From the NCBI GenBank assembly GCA_038874075.1, contig JAVZDD010000001.1, forward strand, positions 8,701 through 72,700: 64,000 nucleotides of DNA, given 5' to 3'. The notes under the pieces were generated by a model, which was not told the origin of the DNA, ran no database searches, and was given only the letters and a program-made list of their open reading frames with translations. The position numbers and the translations under genes are program-made. Numbering within the stretch: the stretch's first letter is position 1; every line of letters begins with the position of its first letter. Source of the stretch: Candidatus Nanoarchaeia archaeon. Its GTDB lineage: Archaea > Nanobdellota > Nanobdellia > Jingweiarchaeales > Jingweiarchaeaceae. Positions 12,501-21,105 of the stretch are shown piece after piece.

Positions 12501-15500
12501 AATATTGGGTGTCTTAAGGATAAATGCGAGTAATTACCCAACAGGGTTGGATGTAAATTATGAAAATGAGACGATAGAGGCAACGATAGAGCATGATATT
12601 TTAATTACAGATGTGATTTTGAACATTACACTCCCAAATAGTACTGTTATCTCTTCCCAAATGCAATCAATGGGAAATAATAATTATGTATTAAATTATA
12701 CACCTAAAATAAATGGTACGCATTCTTACTTTGTTTATGCGATTGACGCATCTAACTTTTTGAATCAAAGTTCAACCGCTTATTTCACTGCTTATAGAAA
12801 TACAACACTTTCGACAAAGCATGCACCACAATTGATCACGATCACGAACATGACATACTTTAATACTCAGCAATTACAAGTAAGTTTGAATGTAACTAAC
12901 CTGGGCCCATCAAGTGCTTATTACACAAACCTAAGTGTACAAACACCAAGTGGTTGGATCTCTAATTACAATGGTAATTGTGGTTTAATAAAAGATGGAG
13001 AATCATGCCTAAGAACTGTTGATATTACAGTACCTTCAAATACTTCACCCGGTATTTATTATCTAAATTCAAATACAACATGGATGAATCCTGATAATAC
13101 ATATAGTTACATTACGAATGTTACAACAGTGAATGTAACTTCAAATCCATTGTTAAACATCTCACAGAATAGTATTGGGGTTGTTGTCCAGCACAATTCT
13201 TATAATATAACAATATTCACAGTTCAATCAATAGGCAATGACAATTTAAGTAACATTCAGTTTGATTGTTATACTGGAATTGTTTGTACAAATTTTAGTG
13301 TCTCTTTCTCACCTTCAAGTATTAGCTTTCTAGGAAGAGGAAATTCACAAGATGTAAATGTAAATGTAAGTGTGCCGCTTGGATTTGCAATGGGTAATTA
13401 TACTGGAATTATAAGGGCGAATGCGACAAGTAGTGTTTGTAATCCAAGTAGTAATTGTTGGGATGAAGTGGAGATAAATATAGAAGTACCACCATCATCG
13501 ACTTGGTATGCTGAAGAGAAGAACTTTTCATTAGCAAGAGTAAATACATCATCTACTGGATTTATTGGTAATATAACAATAAACAATACTGGAAACACAC
13601 CAATACAATTCACATGGGAAGCTTATGGAAACATTTCTTACATGCTCATCGGTGAAAATATCACAGTAGAAAATCAAACTGTAAAAAACATGACAATTAG
13701 TTATTCCATACCCCATACCCTAAACGATACAAACAATACACCAGCATTCTACGCTGGTGGAATAAGGATCATTGCAATAAATGGAGTTCCACAATCGATG
13801 AATTTCTCTGTTAACTTTAGCGTTTATGATACGTTTGCACCAAACATAAACAACTTTAGCTTAGATTCAAATTTCATTGATATAAATTATGGTGTACTTG
13901 GCATTACAGCAAATGTGACAGATAACGTTAAAGTACAATCTGTGTACGTGGAATTTAGTAGACCTGGGAAAAAGTTTAGCAATTTGATGACAAATGTATA
14001 CGATGACATTTATTACTATTCTTGTAAAGCAGATGGAAGTTGTATCGATGCACTTGGAATATGGAACATAAAAATTTCGACATTTGATACTGCAAATAAT
14101 CCTGAAAATCCACCCCCAGGCTATAATGTGAACAGTAGTGGGTATTTACAAGTAGAAGTTGTTGGAAATACAAGTGTAGATATCCTAACAATCCCTGTAA
14201 TAAATGTATCAAATATAACACAAGGTTACGTTTATGAGTTTAATATAACTCCAATATTCAACAACACATTCAAGGGAACTGCATTTTATTCAAATTTGTC
14301 ATTGAATATTAGTTACCCACTCACAATTGATAATGTAAGTACAAAAACAATTAATTTTGGTAATGTTTCAAGATACAGTGCAGTAAATCAGACACTTCTA
14401 GTAAAAATACCGTCTGGAACAGTACCTGGAACTTATCTAATTAACTACAACGCTAGTTGGATGAATGCAGATAATACTCATAATTCAAACATAAACCAAA
14501 CAACAATAAATGTGCTATCAAATCCATTACTGAATATCGTCGAAGATTATATTTTGACTACAATTGCACATGGTTCTTCTAATGCAACGACCTTCAATCT
14601 AAGTTCATATGGTAATGACAATTTAAGTAACATTGAGATAACATGTGTTTCAGGCACTGTATGTACCAATCCTTGCTTTGATGTTCTGTTTGATAAAAAT
14701 TACTTAAACTTGAGCGCTGGAAACAGTTCAATTGTTACAGTAAGTGTGAATGTGGGTTTGGGATGCAGTCCTGGTAATTATACTGGAATTATAAGGGCGA
14801 ATGCGACGAGTAGTGTTTGTAATCCAAGTAGTAATTGTTGGGATGAAGTGGAGATAAATGTAAGTGTCTTAACTTCACCAACATGGGGAATAACACCAAA
14901 TTACCTTTCTCAGATTGTTTATGATAACTCAAGTGGTAATTTAATTGACATATTGGTAAACAATACTGGTAATGTACAAATTAATTTATCAATCACACTT
15001 TCTGGTAATGCAACGACGCCAACACAATTAATTAATGTCACAGAAACAGATGTAAGCGTAGATAAGGTAAGTACAAAAAATGTGACGGTTACTTATGATA
15101 TTCCCAACAATCAAATACCGGGCATATATCAAGCAATTATAACCTTCACAAATACATCTTCTCCAGCAAATCCAACACAAGTAAACGTCACAATTTATAT
15201 TGATGTGAGGGATCCGTATTCTCCTACAATTTCAAATCCGAACCTATCAAAAACAGCACTTGAGGCAAACTTCGAATCTCTTACAATAAATGCAACCATT
15301 ACTGATAATGTTGCAATCTCAGAAGCTTGGGTAAATATCACATTACCAAATATGAGCAATAATATTATTTTTATGAACAATATTGGAGATAATCTATACA
15401 GCACTACATACAAACCACCAATTGGTGGAAGTTACGGTGTAACAATTTATGCAAATGATACATCAAATAACATTGCTTCTATGTATGCAGGCTCGTTTAA

Positions 15501-18500
15501 TGTAATTGGTAAAACAACTGGTAATTTGAAACAAACACCAACGAGTATTAGTTTTAACAACATCACGTACTTACAAGGAGCTCAATTTGATGTTCACTTG
15601 AATATCACGAATGTTGGGAATACAACAATGCGCTACTTGAACCTGACAGTTTTGGTACCTCAAGATGAATATGACTGTGAGAATGGGAAATGCAAGTGGA
15701 ACTTCACATGTAGTGGTCTTAATTGTAATGGCAGTGGAATAAGCTGTGGTAATTTAACGATAAATGAAAGTTGTGATGGTAATTTTACAATATTTGTACC
15801 AAAAGGTACAAGCGGTGGTACTACAAATAATATATTCGGAGCCGCATTTTGGCTCGATCCAGATCTTACAATTGGAAACACAACCAATTATACATCTGTG
15901 ACAGTTGCATCGAATCCTGTTATCAATGTCACCCCATTGGTGGTTAGTAACAGTATTGAACAAGGAAAAATAAGTGTGCTTGGTTCAATTAATATTAGCT
16001 CATATGGTAATTCACCACTTTATACAATGAATTATACAAGTGTTGGGGGAAATTTACCTTATGCTTGGTTATCATTCGCACCAGAGATCGTAAATATACC
16101 TGTTGGTGTAAGAAGAAATTTAGACATAAGTGTAAGTGTTCCCTTTGGTCAAAATCCTGGTATCTACAACACGACACTCATTGTAAACGCAACTGGTTCC
16201 GCCCCATTCTGTGATCCAAGTTCAAGTTATTACAATCCTAATAGTAAGTGTTGGGAATTTGTGAATTTGAGTTTAAATGTACCTGAAAATTGGTCCTGGA
16301 GCAGGTATCCAAGCTCAGATTACATCATTGTTCCAATCACCACGAGTGGACAAATAAACATCACGGTAAACAATACTGGAAACATGGATATTAACTTTGA
16401 AGTTCAATACAGTGGTGATACTTCAATACTTGATCCATTCAGACCAACTTCTTTATTTTCACCGAAGCAAAGCAGTAACTTATTACAAGTGGGTTACAAT
16501 GGTACGATTTCAGGACTTTATAATGTGTTAATAAAATTGGTGAATCTATCCATCCCTTCACCATATCCAAAAGAGCAAACAACAAATATCACATTGAATG
16601 TAACAAATGTTCCTCCTAATATCCAAAATGTGAGTATTGCACCTAGTATCTTGGATGTGAATTATCAAAAAGTGAACATAAGTGCTGTGGTGACGCACCC
16701 AGCATCAAGTGTATATGTCTGGGCTAATATAACAAAACCAGACAATTCAATCACAACAATTCCAATGTCTGGTGTTGGAAATACTTACAGTGCTACCTAC
16801 ACACCGGAACAGGAAGGGATGTATGGTGTTACAATTTATGCGAATGAAAGTAGGGATGGTCTAATGAGTTCTTCTGGAATATATAATTTCTTAGCGTTTG
16901 CGACCACATCACTTGAACTCATTTCGATTCCAAACGAAACAGCAGTTTACAAGATAACACAGTACGATGGAAACATCACAAACTTGAACATTACAGTAAG
17001 AAATACGGGTATGGCAACTGCATACAATACTGTAGTCTCATTACAAGCTCCTCAAGGTTGGACTTTAATTCCAACAATGATAAATTACGGAAATATCACA
17101 AGAAATTCTGCAAATTCAACAATTGTAACAATTACGATACCTAAAGGTACACCACCCGGTAATTATTATGTGAATTTAAATTTGAGCTGGATGAATCCAA
17201 ATAATGTTGTTTCAACTGTCACTTCAAATGTAAGATTTGAAGTTGCACAAAATCCGTTCGCTAACTTTACAACAAAGGAAGCGAGTTCAGTAACATTGGA
17301 TGGGTACTCGAATTATACTATATTAACCTTAAATTCAACGGGTAACATAGATGCAACTGACATTTCAATTTCATGCGTATCTGGACCATGTTCAAATTTG
17401 AGTACCACGATTTCGCCTCCATTTATCTCTTATCTTGCAATTGGAAATACAAGAGATATAAATATAAGCTTCAGCGTTCCAGTTGGATATCCAGCTGGAA
17501 CTCATGTGATTGGTATAAACGCATTCACTCCTATCAACTCAGATGCTGCGAATATCTCGATCACCGTACCACCAAATTACTCATGGAATAGGACACCTAG
17601 TTCTATATTTGCAAGGGTTGGGGTGAGTGAAAACTACACAACGACTGAAATCGGGAGGATAGAGGTAGATAACCTAGGAAACATTGAAATGTTCTTTAAT
17701 ATAACAATCGATAACTCAACATACATCTATCCGAATGTAACGGTCTTGCAAGTACCTAGACAATCAAAGGGTGTTGTTGGTGTGAGGACAGTCGTACCGT
17801 CTGAAAGAGGAACGCACAATGCAACAATTACGATTATAAACAACCTGACAAAAGAGGAAATGAATACAACCGTGAATCTGGAAGTAACAGAACTTAGGGT
17901 GAATGTGATAAGTCCAATTTCAAATGAACTTAGGCCTGTGAAGTTGAATGATACGCTGGAAGTTTTTGCGAATGTAACTTATCAAGGAGTACCATTAACA
18001 GATGGTGTGAATTGGACGATTGAGTTGAGCAATGCAATATATGGTATTACGAAGCAATGTGATGTAAATAACGCAACTTATCAAACAGACCGTTGGAGAA
18101 TTACATGTATAATTCCTGAGACAAGAGATGCAACTTTATATGATTTGGTTGTAAGCGCATATGCATATGATCCATCAATCAACACGATTTCATCAAGTAC
18201 AAGAACAAATGCAATATTTTATGAAGATATCACACCACCCAAATTTGTTGGCGTAAACATCAGTTCTGTGCAACCAAATGAAATTGCTGTTATTAAAGTG
18301 AATGTAACTGATAACGTTGCTGTTTCAGATGCTTGGGTAGAAATAATGTATCCAAATTACAGTACTACAAGTGCAAATCTCACTTATATTGAAAATTTGT
18401 GGCAAATGAGTTTTAATGACACATCACAGATAGGAGATTATGAACTAAAAATCTACGCAAAAGATAATTCGAATAATCTGAATCAAACATATAGTTGGTT

Positions 18501-21105
18501 TGGTTCGTACTACCCGATGAGATTTTATGGGGAAGCGAAGGATGTCGCTGGCAATCCTTATTACATCGAATTTAATTTCTACAGACCTGGAAAAACAGAT
18601 CTACTTTTCAATGTCACAAGCAATCAAACAGGAATCTATGATAAGAACATTAGTGCTAGATTGTATGATATTGAAGTAAAAGCATTTGGAAATAAAATTA
18701 AGTTATATGGTACCAATCTGACAAAGTTCAACAATAGTGGTCTATACTCACCTTTAATATTGGATGATATTGCTGGTGCTTATATTGGCTATGGTGCACT
18801 TAGAGGATTATATGTTGATATAATAAACACAATTTATTACGTTAGTGGTAGTTTAATGATCGATTTTGCTGGAATACCCATCCATTCAATAAATTGGGTT
18901 GGAGTGTATAAGTGTAATAGCTTTGATAGATACAACAAAAAATGTAATCCTAGCGGTAATATTACAAATCCTTGGAATAGGATTGGTGGAGCAATCATTG
19001 GATATACAGCAAATATAAACTTGAGCTCATTTTCAGCATACGCTGCTGCTGAATATATTTGTGGAAATGGAATTTGTGAAAGTGGTACTGGTGAGAGTAG
19101 TGCAAATTGTCCAATTGATTGTCCAACCGAAGTTCCAACACCACCAGGTGGTGGTCCTGGAGCACCGGTGATACCAACACCAACAGTAAATCTAACAAAC
19201 ATCACAGAGGCACTTGTCAATATCACAGAGAAGATTGAGGAACTTATACCAATTCCATCAATGACTGTGATCACAAAATCAATATATGTTGTTTTGTATC
19301 CTGGTGAATATAAAATAGAGTCGATTGATATCACAAACAATTTGAATAGGAAGATAAAAGTAAATATTTCAGTCGAAGGTGCTGCATGGGAATTTGTACA
19401 ATTCGAGAAAACTGAATTCGAAATTGATCCGAGAAGAATTGAGACGATTAATATAAAATTGTATGCATTACCAACTGCACTACCTGGCATTTACACAGGT
19501 AAACTAATTGTTAAAACTGAAAACTTGACAAGCATCATTCCAATTACAATAAAAGTTGAGCTCGCAAGGGAAGCACTTCTTGATATCAAAATTGAGACAA
19601 TAACAAAGGTAATTAAACCAGACGAGCCACTACAATACCGTGTATCATTGTATAATATGGGTACTACAAAGAAGGTGGATGTAACGATAAATTACTCGAT
19701 TAGAAGTATTGAATTTAATAGAACAATATTGAGTCAGCAGGAAACACTAGCGATAGAGACTTCGCTCTCATTCAGAAGATCAATAAAACTACCAAACGAC
19801 ACAAAGCCTGGCAAATTCATCATAGAAGCAGTCGCGTATTATGACAATAGAACTGCAAGTTCCATCGACACATTTGATATTGCTGTAACTCCGTTCGTCG
19901 TTAATATATTCTGGCAGATTTTCACATCACCCTTCACTTATGCAATCATTGCAATTGTCATTGCGATTTATTATGGCAGAAAGTACTATTTGATGTGGCT
20001 CGCAAAGAAGAAGGCAGCAGCTAGATACATCTTCCCTGTTAGCTTCAATAAATTACCAAAGGCAGGTAGAAGATCCATACTCGTTGGTAAAATTGCTGAA
20101 ACAGAATATCCTGCTTATTTTGACATAGACAACCTGACAATGCACGTTGTAGATGCTGGAGGTACTGGTGCTGGAAAATCAGTTTCAGGAATGATAATTG
20201 CTGAAGAACTGTTGAAGAAGGGCATTCCTGTAATCGTATTTGATCCAACACTGCAATGGACTGGTTTTATAAAACCTTGTAGAGATAAGAAGATGCTGGA
20301 GAAATATCCAAAATTTGGATTAAAAACGAGTGATGCGAGGGCATTTCCAACGAACATAATTGTAGTCACAGACCCTGAGATGGATATTAACATAAAGGAA
20401 ATTGCAGCCAGGAAAGGTGAAATAACGGTGTTTTGTTTGAGTAAGCTCACGCCTGAGCAGTTGGATAAATTTGTAAGAAGGACGATAGATGCAATATTTG
20501 ATGTTAGTTGGAGTGAATCAAAGGAATTGAGATTATTAGTTGTTTACGATGAGGTGCATAGATTACTGCCGAAATACGGTGGAAAGGGTGGTTACACCGC
20601 GCTTGAGAGGGGATGTAGAGAATTTAGGAAATGGGGAATTGGATTGTTCATGATATCGCAGGTATTGATGGACTTTAGAGGAGCGATAAGGGCAAACATT
20701 GGGACGGAGATACAGCTAAGGACGAAATACGAAGGTGATATTGGAAGAGTGAAACAGAAATATGGTCCAGAGTATTCAGCAACACTTCCAAAATTAAGAA
20801 TAGGTAGTGCAATGGTGCAGAATCCGGATTACAACGATGGTAAACCTTATTTCATTGAATTTAGACCATTATTACATGATACATTCAGGATAACAAATGA
20901 AGAATTAGAAACGTATAAGAAATTACAAGAATCAATTAGTGAAATAGAGAAAAAAATTAAAGATTTGAAGGATAAAAAGATAGATACATATGATATAGAG
21001 ATAGAATTGGGACTTGCAAAAGAAAAATTGAAACAAGGTTTGACACATATGGCCGAAACTTATATTGAATCGATGAAAGAAAAATTAAAGCGTTTGGAGA
21101 AGTGA
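6517..21105 (+). CDS. Giant (4862 aa) surface glycoprotein: N-terminal TMs, DUF2341-like domain, Ig-like/NEW3 repeats, C-terminal TM and HerA/DUF87-type ATPase
   Basis: Uninterrupted ORF. DUF2341-like WWNKSWQRRKPITI..DFSDIRF from about 7882; dense N-x-S/T; TM at about 19894-19980; Walker A GGTGAGKS (20158-20181), VFDP, Walker B VYDEVH (from 20542), REFRKWG...ISQ. Confidence 0.9.
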   Translation: MVNMKRDKAFYVVLVLVLFIFLSISFTNQMIAQILLLLVLSSFIFIRVNVIPNKKAISRVVLYLIVIIFFVFYQFYFSRLIDVVFAATVWNFVSPTPTNNTCTTQGPINATVIDGSPSLCKLYVSQNPGSGWSIHEMSLTLGSPNYCYNGTWWQSVSNGRWYYKVNMTDVNGVSSFSNGDYERTFVLDTANPSVTANPTKYPPGQTRAKNGDNVTFNVTVIDSTIAPCGVKNVTVHLSLGFNCTQGEILNLIKYGATDYYVGNCTVDATNEGTYYLPVYAYDNVDHLNDSVQVTVSVDYTPPTVTITSPTNTQYNTSSINLTFTANDNIASTMTCQRTLDGVTTLIGAVNNNTENTTIMNLEPGVHQVNVTCWDDAYNNGTSSTITFGVWRYIYANVTRNPEAPANLSRVPGCSIPTSITWNVTDIKDEFDNPINGTLLNVTWRGNTVWNGNIYTWWNKSWQRRKPITISNVNTSDLIDYQVVMNITYDNDMQSDFSDIRFTWYNKTSGVEVEIPYWIENKSDSNWVYVWVKIPIIYASSNTTIYVYYKNTTLVSSKSNGRDTFDLFDDWESGIVNTSYWTTGGSVSPYWITHTSTKYQGSYSSGNNDIGDLQISWIKKSINLLMPGKLEFYWSVSSESCCDFLYYCIDNDGCTRTSGYISRIAGTVGWTFVNYNLTAGTHSIKFAYEKDISVSYGSDTGWIDFVKVRKYVYPEPTSSIGTEEQIENLNLLPLSGVFDIPNDNVLGESDDFLNITITKPYYFAYTNNSSDYHIQGVLNQSGSLISWTPSGSAIDNFEPSIEGGPSVSASYLIRDDLSVTLTENTHYIKTNYGDWNASDNNAGDTIIPNTTFTGINNYCGTVTFSKSYLVHGKISDISSIIWSPSGNNIDRFYGGSYGGPDVSYGSLVVIDNKGNVVAPTNYSENKIGDWNASDNNAGDVIISNLNITSKLDAGSCGTLNCYWHGYVNQTKSYTVWANLTIKSVAPPNATIVYRSNCNTPYNVTLRVNLTDDKGNLVSGANTIIYHPSGTCSVNDENNGYYNCTYDPSDTIVPGLYTWTAEASKNYYYNTGNATLLYLEIRGCSNINITQPLNTSSFNRSQTMDIKVNITDEFNQPVSDVGVTCELTKANGVKVYPNCIYNLSSYLWEANYTFANDDPVGIWYLKVNVSGSYSYAEKIYEITLFGKLNVTSVLTKDKVDRGSDWGYGTIALLNASINDESGPVSDVYVKFYANDNFIGENTTDSSGIARLYWDPDDNLNVGAYKIEVEAYKTYYYNDTSKSLNNYTDVYGKLFVRNVSSPVNVDRKNNYGYGTIAILEVNVSDDLYVPINASTVEFYINTSVVGTNTSGVNGYYKYNWDPDNNLNPGIYVFYANARDVQYYHNYTDTVPNSTITVWGKLNITSFGFTDKEIYRIGESTVLSVNVSDENDVAVNNAIVSFVRDSSIINVTNTTNGYASYTYDPSDTITPNNYTMYVNVSKQYYYNDSKQDWLLIKGKINLTIISPNTGQKFYRNNTVQLNSNVTDENNVEVSPDWSEWKKIFPTQEVISNQPDYDWNIPYNYPKGLLSIQFNATKMYYDIVGAIPSVDITIWSKANVTILNSPQDLNRGNNITIVARVSDHFTNENLGGYDIGWFVNDVNIANYTTAPDGTSSYYWITNCSYDVGVNWINATIGNDTSNYIDANIANSKIDIHLIGNLSTSIISPHLDSLYHINDVIQLNSSTIDDCNNYVIPVVTWRNETDVIQSGINATWTIPLTYNKGPTNITIYANKSYYYNATNSTRIIIYRWVNITDLNPINVTYPVGTIINFTCFVRDANLSLGIENYPVNFYKNGVLQNVSYTNTSGLALWIWNTTNELSNNYTIKCNITDNATLYLNKSHPYEQQGNITIERRLWIINISVDNRTIYRNDTWAILNNLPYATNITVEVWDAAINPASNVIVHFFNSTNEMGNCTTNSDGKCSVIFNPPDTIIVQNYTILINATKIGNDPSFTENTTIEILGVLRINASNYPTGLDVNYENETIEATIEHDILITDVILNITLPNSTVISSQMQSMGNNNYVLNYTPKINGTHSYFVYAIDASNFLNQSSTAYFTAYRNTTLSTKHAPQLITITNMTYFNTQQLQVSLNVTNLGPSSAYYTNLSVQTPSGWISNYNGNCGLIKDGESCLRTVDITVPSNTSPGIYYLNSNTTWMNPDNTYSYITNVTTVNVTSNPLLNISQNSIGVVVQHNSYNITIFTVQSIGNDNLSNIQFDCYTGIVCTNFSVSFSPSSISFLGRGNSQDVNVNVSVPLGFAMGNYTGIIRANATSSVCNPSSNCWDEVEINIEVPPSSTWYAEEKNFSLARVNTSSTGFIGNITINNTGNTPIQFTWEAYGNISYMLIGENITVENQTVKNMTISYSIPHTLNDTNNTPAFYAGGIRIIAINGVPQSMNFSVNFSVYDTFAPNINNFSLDSNFIDINYGVLGITANVTDNVKVQSVYVEFSRPGKKFSNLMTNVYDDIYYYSCKADGSCIDALGIWNIKISTFDTANNPENPPPGYNVNSSGYLQVEVVGNTSVDILTIPVINVSNITQGYVYEFNITPIFNNTFKGTAFYSNLSLNISYPLTIDNVSTKTINFGNVSRYSAVNQTLLVKIPSGTVPGTYLINYNASWMNADNTHNSNINQTTINVLSNPLLNIVEDYILTTIAHGSSNATTFNLSSYGNDNLSNIEITCVSGTVCTNPCFDVLFDKNYLNLSAGNSSIVTVSVNVGLGCSPGNYTGIIRANATSSVCNPSSNCWDEVEINVSVLTSPTWGITPNYLSQIVYDNSSGNLIDILVNNTGNVQINLSITLSGNATTPTQLINVTETDVSVDKVSTKNVTVTYDIPNNQIPGIYQAIITFTNTSSPANPTQVNVTIYIDVRDPYSPTISNPNLSKTALEANFESLTINATITDNVAISEAWVNITLPNMSNNIIFMNNIGDNLYSTTYKPPIGGSYGVTIYANDTSNNIASMYAGSFNVIGKTTGNLKQTPTSISFNNITYLQGAQFDVHLNITNVGNTTMRYLNLTVLVPQDEYDCENGKCKWNFTCSGLNCNGSGISCGNLTINESCDGNFTIFVPKGTSGGTTNNIFGAAFWLDPDLTIGNTTNYTSVTVASNPVINVTPLVVSNSIEQGKISVLGSINISSYGNSPLYTMNYTSVGGNLPYAWLSFAPEIVNIPVGVRRNLDISVSVPFGQNPGIYNTTLIVNATGSAPFCDPSSSYYNPNSKCWEFVNLSLNVPENWSWSRYPSSDYIIVPITTSGQINITVNNTGNMDINFEVQYSGDTSILDPFRPTSLFSPKQSSNLLQVGYNGTISGLYNVLIKLVNLSIPSPYPKEQTTNITLNVTNVPPNIQNVSIAPSILDVNYQKVNISAVVTHPASSVYVWANITKPDNSITTIPMSGVGNTYSATYTPEQEGMYGVTIYANESRDGLMSSSGIYNFLAFATTSLELISIPNETAVYKITQYDGNITNLNITVRNTGMATAYNTVVSLQAPQGWTLIPTMINYGNITRNSANSTIVTITIPKGTPPGNYYVNLNLSWMNPNNVVSTVTSNVRFEVAQNPFANFTTKEASSVTLDGYSNYTILTLNSTGNIDATDISISCVSGPCSNLSTTISPPFISYLAIGNTRDINISFSVPVGYPAGTHVIGINAFTPINSDAANISITVPPNYSWNRTPSSIFARVGVSENYTTTEIGRIEVDNLGNIEMFFNITIDNSTYIYPNVTVLQVPRQSKGVVGVRTVVPSERGTHNATITIINNLTKEEMNTTVNLEVTELRVNVISPISNELRPVKLNDTLEVFANVTYQGVPLTDGVNWTIELSNAIYGITKQCDVNNATYQTDRWRITCIIPETRDATLYDLVVSAYAYDPSINTISSSTRTNAIFYEDITPPKFVGVNISSVQPNEIAVIKVNVTDNVAVSDAWVEIMYPNYSTTSANLTYIENLWQMSFNDTSQIGDYELKIYAKDNSNNLNQTYSWFGSYYPMRFYGEAKDVAGNPYYIEFNFYRPGKTDLLFNVTSNQTGIYDKNISARLYDIEVKAFGNKIKLYGTNLTKFNNSGLYSPLILDDIAGAYIGYGALRGLYVDIINTIYYVSGSLMIDFAGIPIHSINWVGVYKCNSFDRYNKKCNPSGNITNPWNRIGGAIIGYTANINLSSFSAYAAAEYICGNGICESGTGESSANCPIDCPTEVPTPPGGGPGAPVIPTPTVNLTNITEALVNITEKIEELIPIPSMTVITKSIYVVLYPGEYKIESIDITNNLNRKIKVNISVEGAAWEFVQFEKTEFEIDPRRIETINIKLYALPTALPGIYTGKLIVKTENLTSIIPITIKVELAREALLDIKIETITKVIKPDEPLQYRVSLYNMGTTKKVDVTINYSIRSIEFNRTILSQQETLAIETSLSFRRSIKLPNDTKPGKFIIEAVAYYDNRTASSIDTFDIAVTPFVVNIFWQIFTSPFTYAIIAIVIAIYYGRKYYLMWLAKKKAAARYIFPVSFNKLPKAGRRSILVGKIAETEYPAYFDIDNLTMHVVDAGGTGAGKSVSGMIIAEELLKKGIPVIVFDPTLQWTGFIKPCRDKKMLEKYPKFGLKTSDARAFPTNIIVVTDPEMDINIKEIAARKGEITVFCLSKLTPEQLDKFVRRTIDAIFDVSWSESKELRLLVVYDEVHRLLPKYGGKGGYTALERGCREFRKWGIGLFMISQVLMDFRGAIRANIGTEIQLRTKYEGDIGRVKQKYGPEYSATLPKLRIGSAMVQNPDYNDGKPYFIEFRPLLHDTFRITNEELETYKKLQESISEIEKKIKDLKDKKIDTYDIEIELGLAKEKLKQGLTHMAETYIESMKEKLKRLEK
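9009..9330 (+). repeat. 37-bp identical direct repeat inside the giant gene (9009-9045 and 9294-9330)
   Basis: tggagattggaatgcaagtgataataatgctggtgat occurs twice and encodes GDWNASDNNAGD. Confidence 0.95.
13393..14859 (+). repeat. 87-bp direct repeat with one mismatch (13393-13479 and 14773-14859)
   Basis: Encodes GNYTGIIRANATSSVCNPSSNCWDEVEIN in both copies, 1380 bp apart; the only difference is ACA/ACG. Confidence 0.95.
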
